This document shows, piece after piece, positions 34,980 through 37,412 of a stretch of DNA of 37,412 nucleotides (the stretch's first letter is position 1; every line of letters starts with the position of its first letter). The notes under the pieces were generated by a model. That model was not told where the DNA came from, ran no database searches, and saw only the letters and a list, made by a program, of their open reading frames with translations. Source of the stretch: Octopus sinensis. Lineage: Eukaryota. The stretch covers positions 1-37,412 of the forward strand of contig NW_021836833.1 of assembly GCF_006345805.1 (NCBI RefSeq), written 5' to 3'. Position numbers and translations under genes: made by a program.

Positions 34980-35242
34980 CAAAGAGATGGTAAATGTTTT
35001 TATTTTTCATTCCCTTCGAGAATTTATCCCTAGTTAATGGTTTGGACTTTAGCTGTTCTGCCTAGCGTAAAGGATTCCTATGATGGAAACCTCTTGATGT
35101 GTTTAAATGTACACTGTATTTTACATGTATATATATGTATGTATATTATATACATACATAATACACTCACACACACACACACACATATTATACATATAAA
35201 ATATATACTATAGGTAGTAGGTAGATTTTCTTCACTACTTCA

Positions 35243-35657
35243 GGGTGTGACGACCCTGCCTGACACGAGTCCAGAGCTCAGTTGGCTCCGGTTGACAGTA
35301 CCCGGTATGGGCCCCTACCCAGAGTTACGGAAAAGAGACAACCTTCAAAGAAATCCGGATTGGGGCCCCGTAGGCGGTTTAGTGTTCGACTCGACACTCT
35401 TCCGTAAGCTCCTGCAACCAAGCTGGTGCCAAACGTAATGTTCTAGATTCCTTTGAACTACGTCAGCAAGGTCGAGAGAGGAATCCTGACGATCGGGCCA
35501 CCCAGGATTTTCTTACATCTAGCCCAGGCCTGTGCAAAGCTCGATAGGACTACACAACCACAGCAGGAGATGTAAAGTACATGAAATGTAAAAAACCAGA
35601 CTGGATTATTTTATGCACAACTCCATTGTCTCCCGAGACAAAAGGATCCCAATAACA
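35243..35657 (+). mobile_element. Short non-autonomous RTE-tailed element
   Basis: 35545-35657 matches the RTE 3' end 20437-20552; upstream 300 bp is GC-rich and lacks a recognisable protein. Confidence 0.75.
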
Positions 35658-35934
35658 TAATATATACATATATATACATTTCAAAGGAATCTAATGATCT
35701 TAGTTTAGTTTTTCCTTGGGGCCGGCCAGATTGGAGCAATCTCAAGATTAATTAGCCGAAATTGTGAGGATAATCCAGTTCTTGACTGAGGATAAAAGGC
35801 TTCGAATGACTCGTCCTTGTTTTTTTTTTGTATCGTCTATCTGGATGTTTTGTTGTCCCTTTTTGTATCAGCTAGTTGTCCGGATGTTTTGCGTTCTTGG
35901 CCCATTTTGTTATATATAATATATATATAATATA

Positions 35935-35984
<50 letters not shown>

Positions 35985-36187
35985 TATTATATAATAATTA
36001 ATAATAATAATAATAAATATTAGGGAATAAATCCAATTTACAGGGAAAAAATCAGATTTAGGATTAAATCCAATTTTATAGTAAAATATTATATAATATT
36101 AATTCGAGACAAAACCACTACTTTGCAAAACAAACAAGGAAAGACTTAATCAATACATAAAAATTTTTAATATAAAGAAATAAACCG

Positions 36188-36229
36188 CCACTACAATCGT
36201 TTCATGTCTTCAATGACATTCGTCAGGGG
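36188..36229 (-). ncRNA. Minimal type I hammerhead ribozyme with weak stem I
   Basis: CCC-CUGACGA-AUGUC-auugaa-GACAU-GAAA-CGAUUG-UA-GUGG: intact core, 5-bp stem II, GUA site. Confidence 0.65.
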
Positions 36230-36419
36230 ATTTTCGATCTAAATATCAATATATTAAAATATAAGTTAAAATAATAAAATTATCAATGAAAAATATAAAT
36301 ATATATAATCTATATATAATCCATATATAATCTATATATAATCAATATATAATCTAAAATAAACCCTATAAACAATTGAATATAAAGAAACCTATTATTA
36401 AAGTTCTCATATTTAAAGA

Positions 36420-36535
36420 TGTACAAAAAACAAAAAACAAAAAACAAAAAAACAACAAAAAAACAACAAACAAAAAAAAAAAACAAAAAACAAAAAACAA
36501 AAAAAAAAAAAACAAAACCAAAACAAAATAAAAAT
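36420..36535. repeat. A-rich (CAAAAAA)n low-complexity tract
   Basis: Direct reading. Confidence 0.9.
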
Positions 36536-37245
36536 AAACTATATATACACACAGGCTCATACACATATAACTAAATATATATAACCATATCTAAATACAT
36601 ACACTAACTCACACACCAATATATATATCTATACATACACATAAAAACGTCTAGGCAACGATAAATGAATAAATTTAAAAAATAGCCAAATACTTCAACA
36701 CATTACTTATTCAAACTCCCTCACACACACATACAACCCACAGTCATAAACAATATACATATACCCGCTCACACATACATATACATACATACAGAACTCG
36801 ATATATACACCAATATATTCACACCCACACCCATACAGATAAATAAATTACGCAAACAATCACACACACACACACACATTCACACATACATAAACACTCA
36901 AAAGAAAAATAAACAATTCTTTGCGCGTGGTGATCGAACGTTTTTTAAAAAATTATGAATGGAAAGAATGGAATAATATTTAATCAACGTAAATATACAG
37001 AATTTACTCCAAAATCATTAATAAACCAATCATGATAATGAAACCCATATATACATATAATGATAAAACACCCTTTACCATACACAATAATACCTATATA
37101 GCAATCCCCATAATACATTCACACACAAAAATACACATACGTAAAACACACACCATAAAATATACATATACCTCCTTGTTTGTTTTGCAAAGTAGTGGTT
37201 TGTCTCGAATTAATATTATATATATAATATATATATATATATATA

Positions 37246-37283
<38 letters not shown>

Positions 37284-37412
37284 TATACACATGTGTATGT
37301 ATGTAAACAATATACAGGCATTCATATGCTCACATGCATATATATATATGCATACATATGTATATGTATATATTACCATACTAAACAATTCAAGATATTT
37401 ATATGGTTTTTA

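Noticed and set aside
35783-35820. CUGAGGA..GAAU..GUC motif in a repeat-like segment
   Set aside because: GAAA is altered and stems I and II do not pair

Overview
AT-rich eukaryotic non-coding DNA (intergenic or intronic), most likely from an octopod cephalopod, inferred from the tRNA-derived SINE families and the (TA)/(CA)/(TATG)/(TAA) microsatellites. No intact host gene can be supported, and most of the ORF track is translated microsatellite. Recognisable coding remnants all come from transposons: R4/Dong-clade RLE LINEs in (TAA)n arrays, a near-complete but disabled RTE LINE, Tc1 and mariner fragments, and a Chapaev-type transposase. Helitron/Helentron-like elements, MITE-like foldbacks and four or more SINE families are also present. 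The main finding is a set of minimal type I hammerhead ribozymes in short Penelope-pLTR/retrozyme-like elements near (TA)n tracts. Two of them (29276-29349 and 34913-34979) share an unusual extended stem II with compensatory base changes. All folds and alignments were done by eye, and repeat boundaries are approximate.
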